DNA of 64,000 nt, from NCBI GenBank assembly GCA_009914755.4, contig CP068257.2:16704001-16768000 (forward strand), given 5' to 3'. Below are positions 1 to 15,589 of the stretch, one piece after another. Origin of the DNA: the human T2T-CHM13v2.0 reference genome, Homo sapiens. The notes beneath the pieces were generated by a model. That model was not told the origin of the DNA. It ran no database searches and saw only the letters and a program-made list of their open reading frames with translations. How positions within the stretch are numbered: the stretch's first letter is position 1; every line of letters starts with the position of its first letter. The position numbers were made by a program, and so were the translations under genes.

Positions 1-1097
1 GTCCAATTCCTGACTTAATTCTAGTTTACTAGATATTTTGATTAATTCACATGAGGATATCTAGAGATGCTGGTGGACTAACTCAGAATATACACATATA
101 TTTAAATACAAATTTGAAGGCAAATTTAAGAGTTTCTAAGATTTTCAGTTTTATATTTCACTGAACACTTCATATCTCTAAATAAGAACTTGCCTTATTT
201 TAAAACAGTCTTATCTTTCTTTATTCCTATGAACGATAAGTAATCAGATCACTGAGAAGCAGAAAGCATGCTAATCCGTATAAAACTTTCAAAATAGCAC
301 AAGCCACTGCATAAAGTGCTTGCTGGTCTGAAATTCATTATTCCAACCAATGATTTCAGTCATTTGAAGTTTGCGAAGGGTTGTTGGGATAACATTTTGA
401 ACATTTTCTTAGGGGAATTTATTTTATTCTTAGTTTCCTGCTCACATATTATGACAGGAAGCGAGAATCATGTAACTAAATATTATATAAAGCAAATGTG
501 ATGTTGGATTAATCTAATTTGATTGGAATGCAATTTTTCATGAGATGATGAAATTTAGTGTTTACCTGAAATCAAGCATCTTCTCTCTTGTGCTTTGCAA
601 CAGAAAAATATAGGCAATGTTGCATATAAACTTTAAACTCATTCATTTATGAGATGCAAAGTAAGAACAAGGCATAAAGAAAAGAAGCTAGTAGAACTGC
701 CTATAGGTATATCAATGCATATTTAGACCAGTGAGGCAAAAATTATTCAGAATAAATGAGTGTTTTATCAAGGTGAAATTATGGTCAAGTGGCTTAATAA
801 ATGTAATATGTACACATTCATTTGCTTTGTATGACAAACTGTTAATAATGTGTTTAACATTTTATATTATTAACACATTACTCCTATTTTATATAATGCT
901 GTAATATTTCATGAGTACATATCTTAGCTATTTTGTTAGTGTTCTAATTATATGACTGCATGGAGAAGAGTGGCCTAGATACAGAAGAGAGGTCCCAGAA
1001 TCTACTCTTTAAATGCACAACTCCAAATCGCTTTTGAATTTACCTTACTTTTGATTACTTAGAACATAACTGGGGAAGAAATAATTAAAATACCACT

Positions 1098-1450
<353 letters not shown>

Positions 1451-2892
1451 TTAGCCTATTCAGAAAAATTTCTAATTAGCTACAATTATATAAACACACA
1501 TCATGCTCCTATTTATGTTTGGCCATGTTCACAGTCAATAGTTATAATTAATTTGAAATAGTTTGAATCTGTTTTTCACTTAGTAAGCAGTGATATATTT
1601 GGAGTTTTCAGTATGATCAAAATATGATGCTATGAGTTCTTTTGTCAGTGATCAAGTAAAACATAATTAATTATGTAGACTATAGTACCTTATAAATCTT
1701 GCCTAGAGTAAATATCATATAGAATTGCATATTATTGAATATAGTAAAATAATATATAACATTAAATTGCTATTTTTGTGATATCAGCTACATTCTTTAG
1801 TTAACAAATTAGAAGATGAATAAAAGCCTTCATAAAATGCTAAAGTTTAAGAGTAGAGATTTGCAGTTTACATAAAACTGTACTTAGTCTAACCACTAAT
1901 TGTCCTTAAATTTCATCTATAACATTTTGCCCTAAGGGATCACTTGATCTCTGGTTAACAGATGCCAGATGCAGAAGAAATTATTCTATTCCAAGGCATC
2001 CCATTCCGTTTCAACATGATTAGAAAATTATTTTCTTTTTTAAAAAAATAAGCTTATACGCACCTATTATAACTAATTTTGCCTTGTGGGACTATTTACA
2101 ATATAACATATTTGTTAGCTCTACAGAAGTTTAAAGGCCACTATTACATCTCTCCTAAGTCTTCTCAAGATTATCCATCACTTTTTTTTCCTTAAATAAT
2201 TTTATTAAGGCAGTTTCAGTTTGCTTCTTTAATTTGAGAAGCCGTCAATTAGCTGTACATTCAGTTGCTTCCACTTAAAGTATGGAAACTCACATTCACA
2301 CAACATGTCTGTTGCGCTATCTCACCAGGGAGCAGAGTAGAAACATCCCAACGCATGGAACTATTACTGAAGACAGACCATCATTGTCACTATTTCCAAG
2401 TGCATCTCACTTCTAGCTCTCTGAGTCTTCTTGGGAATCATCTCTTACACCATTGCTCAATAATACTTTCTTATGCACAATCAAATTAGCCCCTTATTCA
2501 AGATCTTTTATTATCTCTTTATTTCTTATTAAACCAAATACAAATACAGTCTGATATTTGAGGCCCCTGTGTTATGACCTCAATGTCATTTTCCGGCTAT
2601 TGCACCTATACTTCATCTATTTCCATAGAGCACTTCTGCAAAATTAGATAATTTTAATATTTCCAAACACCTAGAAATTTTTTGACACTTTGTGTCTTCT
2701 TTTTTCTCTTTTACCTCCTTCCACTTCCCCTTCCAATTGTACCTTGTTAAAATCGTATCAATTGTTTGAGGTCATTTAAATCAAACTGTCATCTCCTTCA
2801 GAAAGCCTCCCAATTAAAAGTAACCACTTTTTCTTTTGAATTCTCGGTGGCACTTTGTACTTCTCTGATGTCATTCGGCATATTCTGTCATG

Positions 2893-3183
2893 TATATATT
2901 TTTTTTCTTGAGATGATGTTTCACTCCATCATTCAGGCTGGAGTGCGGTAGCCAATCTTGGTTCATTGCAACCTCTGCCTCCGGTGGTTCAAGTGAATCT
3001 CCTGCCTCAGCCTCCAGAGTAGCTGGGACTACAGGCTCACGCCACCATGGCTGGCTAATTTTTGTATTTTTAGTAGAGATGGAGTTTCGCCATGTTAGCC
3101 AGGCTGCTTTCAAACTCCTGATCTCAGGTGATCCGCCTGCCTTGGATGTGTTGGGATTACAGGCATCAGCCACTGCACCCGGC
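2893..3183 (-). mobile_element. Alu SINE of the AluS/Y class in reverse orientation.
   Basis: Reverse-complement Alu reading tttttttcttgagatg...ggattacaggcatcagccactgcacccggcc. Confidence 0.9.
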
Positions 3184-3504
3184 CTGTTGTATATTTTATT
3201 TATGTTTATATGTGACTTTTTAAACTTGCTAGAACTTTTGGAAACAAGAAAGACACTTTGTTCATTTTTTTTCTGTCTTGATATGAATTAGCTGTCTGTT
3301 GTTTAACATATTTTTGTTACAGATTTGCTTTGCTTTTAAATTTATTAAATTTCTACATAAAAGGAACAATTGAAGAGATTTTTTCATAACCACATGGGAA
3401 TTTATATGGTCAAAAATAATTTCTTCTAAAACCCTTTGACTTCCTTGAAATGTTTTCTAGAGCTCTTAGAATCAATCTCAGTCAACTTAAAACCCAGGAT
3501 ATTG

Positions 3505-3845
<341 letters not shown>

Positions 3846-6800
3846 TAAATAAGCCCCAGAAAATTGAATACACTTTGTTTACTTAAGCTTGTAATGATCT
3901 CTTTTTTGAACTATTAGGTTTTTCTTAAAACTCCTTTCCATCACTTTTTCCTGCTTGTCTCTTCATGAATTGAACCTAGCCTCTCTCCACCCAACATCCT
4001 AATTAAAAAGCAAAACTTCTGAGCATGTGCTGATCTGATATAGAGATAGCAGAAACTGGAGAGATAGTAGAACTTCCTGAGATCCTAGAAATCCCTCTCA
4101 AGAAGGAAATAGGCTGATGCAAATTGTTTCATGATTTGTAAATACATATGTAAAATTAGCTGAACCTAGTAGATAAATATTATTAAAAGCTTAAACTGAT
4201 GCATGGCCTAAATTCAGTCAGATTTTATCAATTTTAGAAAGTAATATTATTTTCTAAAATTCAACATCACAGGAAAGATAAGAAAATAAAAATGTTACTT
4301 TTAAAACATTAAAGTTACACTTATTTTAGAAAAAGTTTATATGCTAAGTTAAATGAAGATATCTAAAAGAACTAATATGATTTTGAAAATTGAGCAGAGT
4401 GACTATTTTCCTCCCCAACATATGACTTAGAACAGTACCACAGCCAATGTATGTTTCTCGAATACTTTTGCAGTATGAAAAGAAAGTAGTTATAATACCT
4501 AACATTTATATAGCACTTCCTATGTGTCAGCCATTTTTCAGAGTTTTTTTCTAAACATAGCAATCAATTTAATGTTTATTACATGCCTTTAATGGCAGGT
4601 CCTATTGTCCTCAACCTCACTTTCCAGATAAGGGAATTGGGACAGAAATAGAAGATAGGAAACTTGCCTAAATGGCAGGGCTAAGATTTAAACCTGGCTA
4701 AGACTCCAGGGTCTGTATTTCAATGGTTTTTACTACTAAACTATACTACCTCCCACAGTATTACAAACAATTGCAATTTCACTGGTAAAGGAAACGAAAG
4801 AAACATTTTATTTGAGCTATGTAGTCCTCTGCGATCCCTATATTTCTGAAGTTTCCACATATTATGAACCTCATTTGTCCTGAGCCTTCTAAATGAATGG
4901 GCCACTTCTGAGCACCTCAAGATGCTGTCCTGCCTCAGCACCACCTTCTTGACCAATTCCTTTTGCTTCTAAGAGGTACAGAGAAACCCTGACTGCTGAC
5001 AATACAGAGATTTAGAAGCCATTGCTTCACCAGAAGAGAGTTCTTCAGAAGGACTAGAAAAATTAAGAGGCTTAGGTGTTCTTACCTAAAGCAGTATTAA
5101 TTCAAAGTTTATCTGTTTCATTTAGTCTTTTCTGTCACTTAAGGTAAAGGCAAAGAACAAAACAACAATACAAACAACAAACCTGCCTGGATAAGAGGAA
5201 CATCGAGAAATATTTAATTCTCTTTCATTTCAGAGATAGGATGTTCTGACACATAAAAAAGCAGGCTAGAAGAAAAACGCCCTTTGGAGAGGAATGACTG
5301 GTTGATTATGAAATCACAGGTATGGGAGTTGGAGAGGACCTATTAAATCCTATCATCTGTCCTCATTATATGACTTGTCTAATTTTAAAAAACTCCTGCT
5401 ACTACGCTTTCTCCTGAGACTTCATTTCAGACCCGACTATTTAAAACCTCCACTTGACATTCAACTCGTTTCACTTTGGTCAGTTTCATCTTATTTCCTT
5501 AGTTATTTAATCTGTTGGCAAGCCGAAACCATTTTCCCCTTTAATGTACTTATGCTCTTCAAATATCAGTGGAGTTACTTTATCTCTTATTAGGATGACA
5601 TAAGAGCAGAAAAATGATAATTTGAACATCAGAGATTTCAACCACATAAAAGGTATCTGTCATAGTCAATAGATATAAATGCTTTTTGCACTTTCCTCTA
5701 ACTACTCTTGTCCAAGTGTGGTAGAAACTTTTTTTTAATTACAGTAAAGAGAAAAAAAAAGATCAGATTATTTGACTGTTTTAGGCCAGACCCCTTCAGA
5801 GAGTTGGGGTGATTATCATGTAGGGGTTAGTTTTCAGCTGTGTAATTAGTGATTTTTCCATGGAGAATCAGGCACTGGGAAATAACTTATTCAAAGAAGA
5901 TTAATTATGTATGAGAGTATTCATGTCATCATTTTCAACACTAAACTTTTTTTGTCTTACGGGGTTGGCAATTTACATAAAGAACATTTTTTATGTGAAG
6001 GCCCACACTGGTGACTCATTTAGCTGGATCCTGTTGGCTTCAGTTAAAAACTATATTCAGAATCTGACCTTTTCTCACCACATCTGCTCCCACTGATCTG
6101 AGTCTCATGACCTCTTCTCTAGTTAGGCAATGGCCTTCCACCAGTCTCTTTTCAACACTCTTGCCCTCGCACAAACTATCTTTCAACAGATCAGTCATGT
6201 TCCCTCTGCCTGGAATAATCTGTGTGGCTAATTCTTTCAATTCCTTACAGTTTTGATTCAAATGTCACTTTTTCAATGAGACTTACTGCTCATCTTCTTC
6301 TAATTTGTAACAGCATCTTAGCCCCACCCTCCCCATCCTCTTACAAAGCTTCATATTTTCCCAAAGTACCTATTCACATTTAACACACCAAGGAACAATT
6401 AATTATATATATACATATATATATAATTTCCTATTCTCTGTTTTTTCTTGCTAGAATTTGTGTTTCATGAGAGCAGAAAATTTGGTTTATTTTGTTCACA
6501 GATATATTCTGAATGACTTGAATAAGGCCTGGAGCTCAATAAATGCTTCTTAAATAAAAGAACAAAATAATACATTTGAAGGGGCTTTTACTGATGACTC
6601 TGAAATATATTAAAGTAGTCACTTTTTACTAAAATCTATTTTTATTAAGTTGAAATAGTGTGATGAACCATATTTTGATATTCTAGGGATATCATTCTCT
6701 AAAGAAGTAGGATTAGTCAGATATATTTCTATCTTGAAAAAAATTAACTCTTTAAAGTCCTTTAACTAAATGTCACTCACAATTTATGTTAAATCAACCA

Positions 6801-7019
6801 CTTAATTTTCAGGTCTTAAAATCAGGAATATTAATCTTCGTAATTGGTCATTAATACCAAATTGCAATGCCAATTTGCTTAGAATTTTTGTTAACTTTAG
6901 AAACTATTTTATTCAGTCAATAACTTATTCAGAAATTACTTGAGTCAAAGTTGTAGATATTTATTTACATATTCAAAAATAATTTTGCATGTTAATTACA
7001 TTCATGCACTGAGAATACC

Positions 7020-7391
7020 TGATATGGTTTGGCTCTGTGTCCCCACCCAAATCTCATCTCCAATTGTAATCTACATAGTTCCCATGTGTTGAGGGCAGGA
7101 CCTGGTGGGAGTGATGGGATCACGGGGGCAATTTTTTCAATGCCGTTCTCATAATGGTGAGTTCCCACAAGATCTGGTGGTTTTATATGTGTTTGACATT
7201 TCTTCCTAAACACACTCACTGTCTCTTGCCTGCAGCCACGTAAGACGTGTCTGCTTTGCCTTCTGCCATGATTATAAGTGTCCTGAGACCTCCCCAGCCA
7301 TGCAGAACTATGAGTCAATGAAACCTCTTTCCTTTATAAATTACCCAGTCTCGGGTATTTCTTTATGGCAGTGTGAAAATGGACTAATACA
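7020..7391 (+). mobile_element. Solo LTR of the MaLR THE1/MST class, antisense to TMPRSS15 in intron 10.
   Basis: Begins tgatatggtttggctctgtgtccccacccaaatctcatctccaattgtaatc and ends ctttataaattacccagtctcgggtatttctttatggcagtgtgaaaatggactaataca, which is the characteristic THE1/MST LTR. Subfamily assignment is from memory. Confidence 0.75.
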
Positions 7392-8557
7392 TGCCCTATT
7401 AATTCAAAGTTAAAAGAGACTAGGTTTTTGTTCCTGAAAAGAATACTGTGGTAAAAAGAAACAAATAAGTGAGTAAATATAATGCTATATAATAGGAAAA
7501 ATGGAAGAGGTGCTTAGAATATTTAAGGGAAAAAAAATTTCAACTTGGAAGTTTTGGACAGACTTTGTGGAAGTTACTGTATATGACCTGTATCCTTAAT
7601 GCCTAGAACCATAGCTGGTTAGAGGTGGCTTTTAACGTTTGTTTGAATGAGATAGTATTCTTATCAGCAAGTCATATTATAAGATGAATTTTGACTAAGA
7701 AAATTATATAAATTCACAACTTTTCACTGTTTTTTTGTAATTTTCCTTATACATTCCTTCTAAGATTTGTAACTCTCACTTCAGTGATTATATTTGGTAT
7801 TATGAATATGTGTTCCAAGACTTTCATGATTGATCTTCCCACTACAAGTTCCTTAGCTTCTAATATTTCACCACGATTTCTGGTTTCTCAGCAAAATATT
7901 ATTGTCTCTAATATTTCCACCTGGCATCAATTCTAATATCTCATTCAGATGAAAAATGTACTTAGAAATCACAACCTTGCCCTATTAGCATGCTTTAGAA
8001 TCAGACTTCCATAGGGCTTCTCAGAAGAAGCAAGTCTATCTTTGTTTCAAGATTATGCAATCTTGTATGTTGAAAATGCTAAGGAATTCTTTAAAGGAAC
8101 ATCGGAGATAACAAACAAATTCAGCAGGACTGCTGTTGGGTCTAAGATCAATATGCAAAAATCCATTTTATTTCTGTGCATTAGCAATGTACAATCAGAA
8201 AACGAAATTAAGACAAATAGACCAAACTTCAGAAAAGCTAATTGCCTCACTCAAATCTACTTAGTTAATAATAAGTGGCAAGTCTAGGATGACAACCTAG
8301 TCTTGTCTCTAATGACCTCTGTGTACTTTTCAACATTTTGCAAATATATAGGGTAAACCAATATATTTCTTGAAACACACTCACTTTTACTTGCCTGTTT
8401 GATTACCATTTTTCATTTAATTAATTGAATTTTTAAAAAACCCAAAAAGACTTTTGCATTTAATACTGCTCACTTTACACTGCAGTACAACACATACCTC
8501 TTTCCTTTTGATTTATGAATTAAAATCCTTTTGACTTCTGAATTAAATGAATTATAC

Positions 8558-8707
8558 CTGAAGCATTGCCAAAAGTGTGGTCAAAATTGGGTCCAGTAAA
8601 AGGAGAAAAGGTGCTTCCCTGAATCCTTTCCCATTCATTATCATCATTTAGATCCTGGACCCAGAAACAAAAGCCATCCTCAAAGTTACAATTAATTTTC
8701 TCATAAT
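8558..8707 (-). CDS. TMPRSS15: TMPRSS15 exon 10, 150 nt, encoding the N-terminal half of the MAM domain, (N)YEKINCNFEDGFCFWVQDLNDDNEWERIQGSTFSPFTGPNFDHTFGNAS.
   Basis: Reverse-complement translation shows the MAM signature CxFE..C.W.Q...D...W.R..G....TGP..DHT. The acceptor is tttttcattcacag|attatgag and the donor is gcttcag|gtataat. Confidence 0.94.
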
Positions 8708-9377
8708 CTGTGAATGAAAAAAAAGAAGGAATAAAAAAAATTTAGTCCATAATGTGAGTAGTTATATTAGATTGTATTGAAAATAATCTAACCTTATACA
8801 GCTTATACTTCAGTGGTATGTACAAAATCATTATTTTTTATTGATCTTAACTCTGTTGCATTCTATTTATTTTTTTTAAAGCAGCTTTTTGTTGCCAACT
8901 GTGTTAAATTAATACATTTCCTATACTCTGTCAGGGTATTAGCAAATATAAGTTTCTCATTTTTTAAGTTTTACATCTTGTTTCCATTGGTTCACCCACA
9001 GAAACTTTGTTCCATATTTTTCTCTCTCCTGTTACTAAATTTAATACCTTGATCCAAATTAAGTTTATGTAGAATTTTCTCTGAATTAGTTTTATGCTAG
9101 TATTTTCTAACTTGCAATGCTTGCAGCAAATAAAATTTTAATTTGATTTTATAGTGATTTATAAGTTTTCTCAAATTGGTTATTTGATTCCTTTGAAAAA
9201 TGTAAACCATTGTCCAATTTCTCATTTCTTTTTAAGTTCTAAGAAGAGAAAGATGCACATACAAGATACTCATTATAAAATTACATCATGAAAATTTTAG
9301 ATTCTGCTACCTTTAAAATTCCATCATAACATTAAAGCATCTAAAAATTAAAAAGCCAAAAAATAAATAATACTTAC

Positions 9378-9518
9378 TATTAAGCTCACTGCTGTTAAAT
9401 GCAGTATATGTTGCATTAAAGCCAACATAATCACTTTCATCAGATTCTATAAGAAAGGTGGCAGTAACTTGGTTGGAAAAAATTCTTATTGTGCCAGGAT
9501 TAGTTTCCCAAATAGAAG
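9378..9518 (-). CDS. TMPRSS15: TMPRSS15 exon 9, 141 nt, encoding the end of CUB1, (A)SIWETNPGTIRIFSNQVTATFLIESDESDYVGFNATYTAFNSSELN.
   Basis: Reverse-complement translation. The acceptor is ttttattttgtag|cttctatttgg and the donor is cttaata|gtaagta. Confidence 0.94.
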
Positions 9519-12500
9519 CTACAAAATAAAATAAACAACTGTTATATGTATATATCTATCTGTTCATCTCTCTATCCATCCATCAGTCCATCTACTGAAC
9601 TATCAGTTTGTCAGTTGATCTATACAAATATCTATCTGATACCACTTAGTTAACTAAAAGCATTAGTCTTACATTTGTTTTAATTAAAATATCTCTTCTC
9701 TCAAACATTAGAAAGCCTCAAATTATTATACATATTTATGGTTTGATAAAAAAGGTATTTTTAATTTTTAATTGTTAGCTCTATGCACTATATATACATA
9801 GAAAAGATGCATTCATTTACTGGCAAAGTTCATCTAAGAAACATTAGTTAAGCAGTTTTGAAAATTAAAGTCAACTTAGCTTTATCAGGTATTTACTGTG
9901 TCCCACTCACAGGGGCTTAATCTGGGTAAAATAACAGAAACAAAAGAGTATTCTTTGGCTCTTTACGCTTGTAACTATACGACCTCAAAATAATACCAGG
10001 TGACTTAAGATTGTTTCTACAGCATTTTATATTGATGTAACATTTGTCTGTCTTGAGTATAAACTGCTTAGAGGATTTTTTTTTTCATTTTTGATTGTCA
10101 AGAGTTAGTATAATACTAGGATTATAAAAAGCTTCCATATGATGCTTTACAAAATCATTGTTACATAAAATTTGCTTTTATGAAAATGTACAGCACATAC
10201 ATTTTCAAAGGGGGTGGTCTTGCCTTTAGCGGAGTGAAAATTGGTTTTGAGGGAGAAAAACAGTTTTAATTTTTAAATGTGTAAAGCTCAGATATACCCA
10301 CAGTCCACGAACAGATACACAGAATATAGTGCATATGAAATATTAGACTTTCACGAGGAGCTGTTAGAAAAAAACAAGGCCTGAAATGGTCTCTTAGTGG
10401 AGGTGATAATGAAAAAAAGTGTTAACAAACAATGCATTAGCATTTTAGTTTGACAATCTGAGCATGGCATTAGATTCAGGCCTATAAAAAATACCATACT
10501 TGCAGATAGGAGACAATGAACCACTGTGAAATAACAGTGAGTTATTTAACATTGAGTTCTGAAAAGAGATACTTTTATGAACTATTAGATATCTTGTGAT
10601 TATGTAGTAATTAGGAAACAATGTGATACATACAATGGAATTTCAACATAATCTAATAGAAAGGACATCATGAACAAGCATTGATTCACATCTTAATGTT
10701 TTTCCCCAAAATGTGTGTCATGCATTCAATGTTTTTTATGAAGAACTATTATTTAGACTGTTGCTACGGCAGCATGCATACCTGTGTAATTTTAATACTT
10801 CTCATACTGAAAACCTTTGGAGTTCATAAGTGTTAGTCACTTAAGGGATGTGAACATTCTAGAAACTTTAAACCTATCTGCCTCTTTTTTCCTTTTTATT
10901 CCATGGCAATGGAATTCTCTTGGACAATGGCCTCTGGCTGGCTTTGAATGTGGTTGGTGGTTCAACCACACCCTTAGTGTGTTGGATTTCATAGTGTGTT
11001 GGATTCTCACGATATCTAATAGAACTGTGCTAGTCTAAAAAGTCCAGGAGCTTACCTTGAATTCCATTAACCTGCTTCAGAGATACATGAAAATCTCCTA
11101 AAATGGTGTAGAATATGTGTCTGTAGAGATTTTACAAAACTTTCATAAGATAGTCTTAAAGTCTCCTTGCCTAATAAGAGTCCCAGGACTACAGATCTAG
11201 TGAAAGCCATGTATTTCACAAATCCAGGGAGTAGTGGAGGGTAGTGGTTAAGAGCAGGGGCTCCAGCATCAGTATTTGATTGAGTCTTGGTTCCATGTCT
11301 TACTAGACTACTCTGTGCCTTTCTTCTGTAGTGTTACAACTTTTTCCCATAAAGATTTGTGATAAGGAGTAAAAGTAATTCTCATGTAAGACAGTGACTG
11401 GTATATACTAAATGCTTAGTGAATTCTATCTTTTGCTTCTCTATCTCACCAACTAGGTTGTAAACCTTGAAAAGGATGAGATCATGACTTAATGCTTTCT
11501 GTGCCTCTGTCATTGTACCAAAGCATAGGAGATTTTTAATCAATATTTGAGGGCATATATCATGATGTGAGTAAACAGAGTAATAGAATTTGCCTACATA
11601 AACGAGACAGGGTTTGTGTTGAAAGAAAAAGAAAACAATTACCTAATATCTTTTAAAGGATGACTTTTTTCCTATATCACAACTGATAAATTTTTAGACA
11701 TTCCTTAAGAAAATCCAATGTCTTCTACTAAAAATCCAAAACTTTTATGGATGTTAATTTGCATAGACTGATCAAGCAGTCACTCTTAAATGTGAATTAA
11801 CTCATCATTTGTCTACTAACAGCAAAGGCTCTGGTGAATAGGTTTTGTGAAAGAAGAAAGAAGTATGATACAGATGTGGGGAATTTGGAAAGACGGCAAT
11901 GGACGGGGAAGACCAACTTTCTACAGAATAGGATTCAACAGATCTAGTTCAAACTACTTATATTATCCAATTTATAAGAGTGAAAATGCGGCAACTAGAG
12001 TACCATCTTTATTATAAAATAATTTCTAATATATTCAACACGTCTTAGTGAGTGCCCACTATGAATTTAGTCTGGGGCCAAGTGCTGATGACATAGAAAA
12101 GAAGTAACCAGTTTCCTCTATTAGAAGAATTTATATTGGTGAGTTATTAAAAATAACCATAAAATTATTATATAAGGGAAAAATGCTATGGGGGTACCAA
12201 AGAAGGAATCTTTAATTTTGCCAGGCACTATGATTGGCGAATCTTTGAGAATTTCTGGAAGGGATGACTTAAGCAAACTTAGTGCTTGCTAAAATAAACT
12301 TTTCCACATAACATACCCCTATCAACAGAAGTGAATTAATGGGTACTTCTGAGTATACATAAAAGTGTCCTAATAAAAGCACAAAATGTGTTGAAAATGC
12401 TTTACTTTGAATAATATTTGCCTATATTGTTTAATTCCATAATGCAGTGTGATTATTTTTGTTGTAGGATAAGTTGACAATTCAGGAATATACACTATGT

Positions 12501-15411
12501 TTATTGCATAGCTTTGGCTATAGCTATGCACACTTCTGTGTGCCTCAGGATAAGCATGGCCTTACACAATGTTAAGCTACAGTATTAGAAATATATTGTC
12601 AGCAGTCCTGTGGGAATGGAATACCAGCTAAGCACTTGAGATATAAAGAATGGCATAACAACTATGCACTCAGAGACACAATTCCTGGGCTAAGCATTTT
12701 GAAACCGTTTTCAGTGTGCTAACCTAGGCATTTTTGTTGTCTTTCTTTGAAGATGCATAAAAACATTTATAGATTTTTGTGACCACTAAATTAAGTAAGC
12801 TCACTCACCGTCTTCTACCCCTTTCATATGAAGTATTAATAATTATTACAACCATTGAATTCAATATTATACCTTCATCATTGCAACTTAAAGAAAACAC
12901 TTTTGAAATAACTTTCCCAGCACTCTATTTTGATTTACTTCAATTTTCATAATTATTTGAAGACTGCACTATCACTTTACACAATGTCTGTATTTCTCTG
13001 ATGCTTTTTAGCAGTTAGAGAACTTTTGCATCACAATTGTAGATTAAAATGATGGAAAAAAATGCCTTTAGGATTTGTTTATGCTGATTTCCCCCTAATC
13101 AGGTATATAACAACTATTTTATGATGATAATTCCTTACATTGTCTCTATATAATCCCACTTACCCTAAGTAAAAAATTTATATATTTCCAATATTGTACA
13201 AATAATAACTATTTGAGATTGTATATTTTGAATTGGAATTTAATGAAAGCAAACCTTGTAAGCATCTTTCACATAAAGAAATTGCTAAAACATTTAGGGA
13301 AAGATGAGCTTGTGACTTGAGAATGAAAGTATCTGCATTATTACCATACAAATTAACTTTACACTTATGGGAAATACTGCTTGTTTCCATTGATTATACA
13401 CTATAATACCATATGATAGAAATATATCCCAGTTGGTGTAAATTCAAATAAACAAACCTTGAGTTTCTACAATACACCAGACTTTGTGCTAGATGCCAGT
13501 TGTAAGATAATATTAGTTTTCTTAGAAAAAATTAGAATTTTTAATTGTAAAATTTAACACCCAATACACTTTCTCACATTTTTAGATTATAATTAAAATA
13601 TTTAATTTTCAAAACTTTAAAATAAATGATTATTCTGAATATCTTAAAATTAAGCAACTACCTATTATAATATAACTACATATTCATTGATGTTTTCTGC
13701 TTGGATATTCAGTTTCTTATTATATTTTTATGGCAATTAATTGCATATTAGTCACATCTCTATGGCTAAACATTTTAAAATTTATTCACAAATTGCTGAT
13801 ACCCTAACCATGTGAAAATAATATTTAGACAGACCATGGTATTTGAAGAGTTAAGAAACATGAGAATATCTTATGCCTACCACTTATTCAGCCCTCAACC
13901 TCTACCAATTTAGATTTTATCTTCTGTATAATAGGGATGATAATATCACCTACATAATTGGTTTGGAAGAGCATTTAGTCAGTCAACTCAAAGTGCTGAC
14001 AACACTCCTTTACACAGTGTAGGTGAAAATATATGGTAAAGTTTATTAATGTCACATTAGTCTTTGGAAATATTTATATGAAGTAACCTATTTGTCCACC
14101 TATGTAAATATTTATGTTGATCATAATTTTAAAAAACTGCATCTATCAGCTATAGAAATAGATTATGAAATGGTTGGCCCATTTTTTTTTAAGAGCAAAT
14201 GTGACTTACCATGAGTTCACATGTTTTATATATACTCATTATGATATTTTTACTTGGGCTTTTAAGGCACAAAGAATAATGGTATTATGTTTCAAGTCAG
14301 AGAGTTTGGGCTTTGATTTCTGCCTCCAACACTGTGAACTTATGGTAATTTAATATATTATACCTCATTTTACTGTTCTGTAAAACATATTTTGCAGGTT
14401 TGTTGAAAATATTAAAGAAGAAAATGCACATTGATTATTCAGTAGAGTATCACACAACAATACCTAATAAAAATGAGATATTATTAGCATATGCTTAAAT
14501 ATTTCTCAAATCATTAAATCTGTAAAAAATTATTCAATAGGATTCACTTTTCATTACGTATAAATACAATTTGAGAGGCAAGGTTCTTAAAATAAAGTTA
14601 TTATATAAAATTTAATCACAGGTGTCACCAACCTTATCTTAGCTCTAGAACAGTTAACTATTTCTCCAACATGCGAGGAAAACTAGTTATTCCCTTGGCT
14701 TCGTTTCCACATTCTCTACCTCATCCTCACTTTATTTCCCCGTGGAATTTTGCCCCTAATTTCACTGGTTACTGTGAATAGATCTGTGCATTTTGGGGCC
14801 CGGTGGAATAAAGGGGCATGAATAGAAACATATTACTAGGGCATTCCCTGCCCTCTTTTCAGCTTCCAGCCCCGTCCATGTGTAACGATAAATGGTTATA
14901 TAGTAACAATACCATCCATCCACATCTATCATTTACTTAGCCTACCTCCTTGGCTAGACAGTGTTTTAGCCACTTTATTAGTAATAGCCTGCAGGAGACC
15001 GAGGAGCAGGATGAACATAAAAAATGACAGAACCTCTGTGAGTTTATAACCTACGCAATGCAGAGAAAACAGAATAGTAATTTTCAGGGATTGTGTGAAT
15101 TTGGTTAATAGGGACTAACATTTAAACAATGTATGGTAACCAAATATATAATTATAATCCTTTGACAAATTTCACATAATTTTTAAGATATTAATTAGGA
15201 GAGGACAATGTTAAAACGTAACTGCTTTATTATGAAGACCACATAGAGCACTAATTTTCTAATTTTTATAATGAGAAGCAATTGTTTTTTTTTTAGTTTT
15301 ATAAGTTTCAAGTCCATATTCACTTCAAAATCAAAGGGAAAACATACCACTCCAAAAATTTACCCACATATTTTCATTTTCATAAGTAATTGTATATTTG
15401 TTTCAACTTAC

Positions 15412-15518
15412 CTCTTAAAATCTTGCTTGATCCTACACCTTCATAAATATCTAATATATCTGTATAATATGTATTAAAATCATCGAAGCTCAGTTTAATG
15501 GAAAGTCCTTGGTTTACA
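15412..15518 (-). CDS. TMPRSS15: TMPRSS15 exon 8, 107 nt, encoding the middle of CUB1, (R)VNQGLSIKLSFDDFNTYYTDILDIYEGVGSSKILR.
   Basis: Reverse-complement translation. The acceptor is ttaatttag|tgtaaacc and the donor is ttaagag|gtaagttg. Confidence 0.93.
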
Positions 15519-15589
15519 CTAAATTAAAAGCAAAAAATAGATTACCAAATTTTTAACAGTTGTCATATTTCTTAATGCATTCTAGAATT

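Noticed and set aside
7020-7391. TSD for the solo THE1/MST LTR
   Set aside because: The flanking 5-mers atacc and tgccc do not match. Either my boundaries are off by a few bases or the TSD has decayed, so I make no claim.
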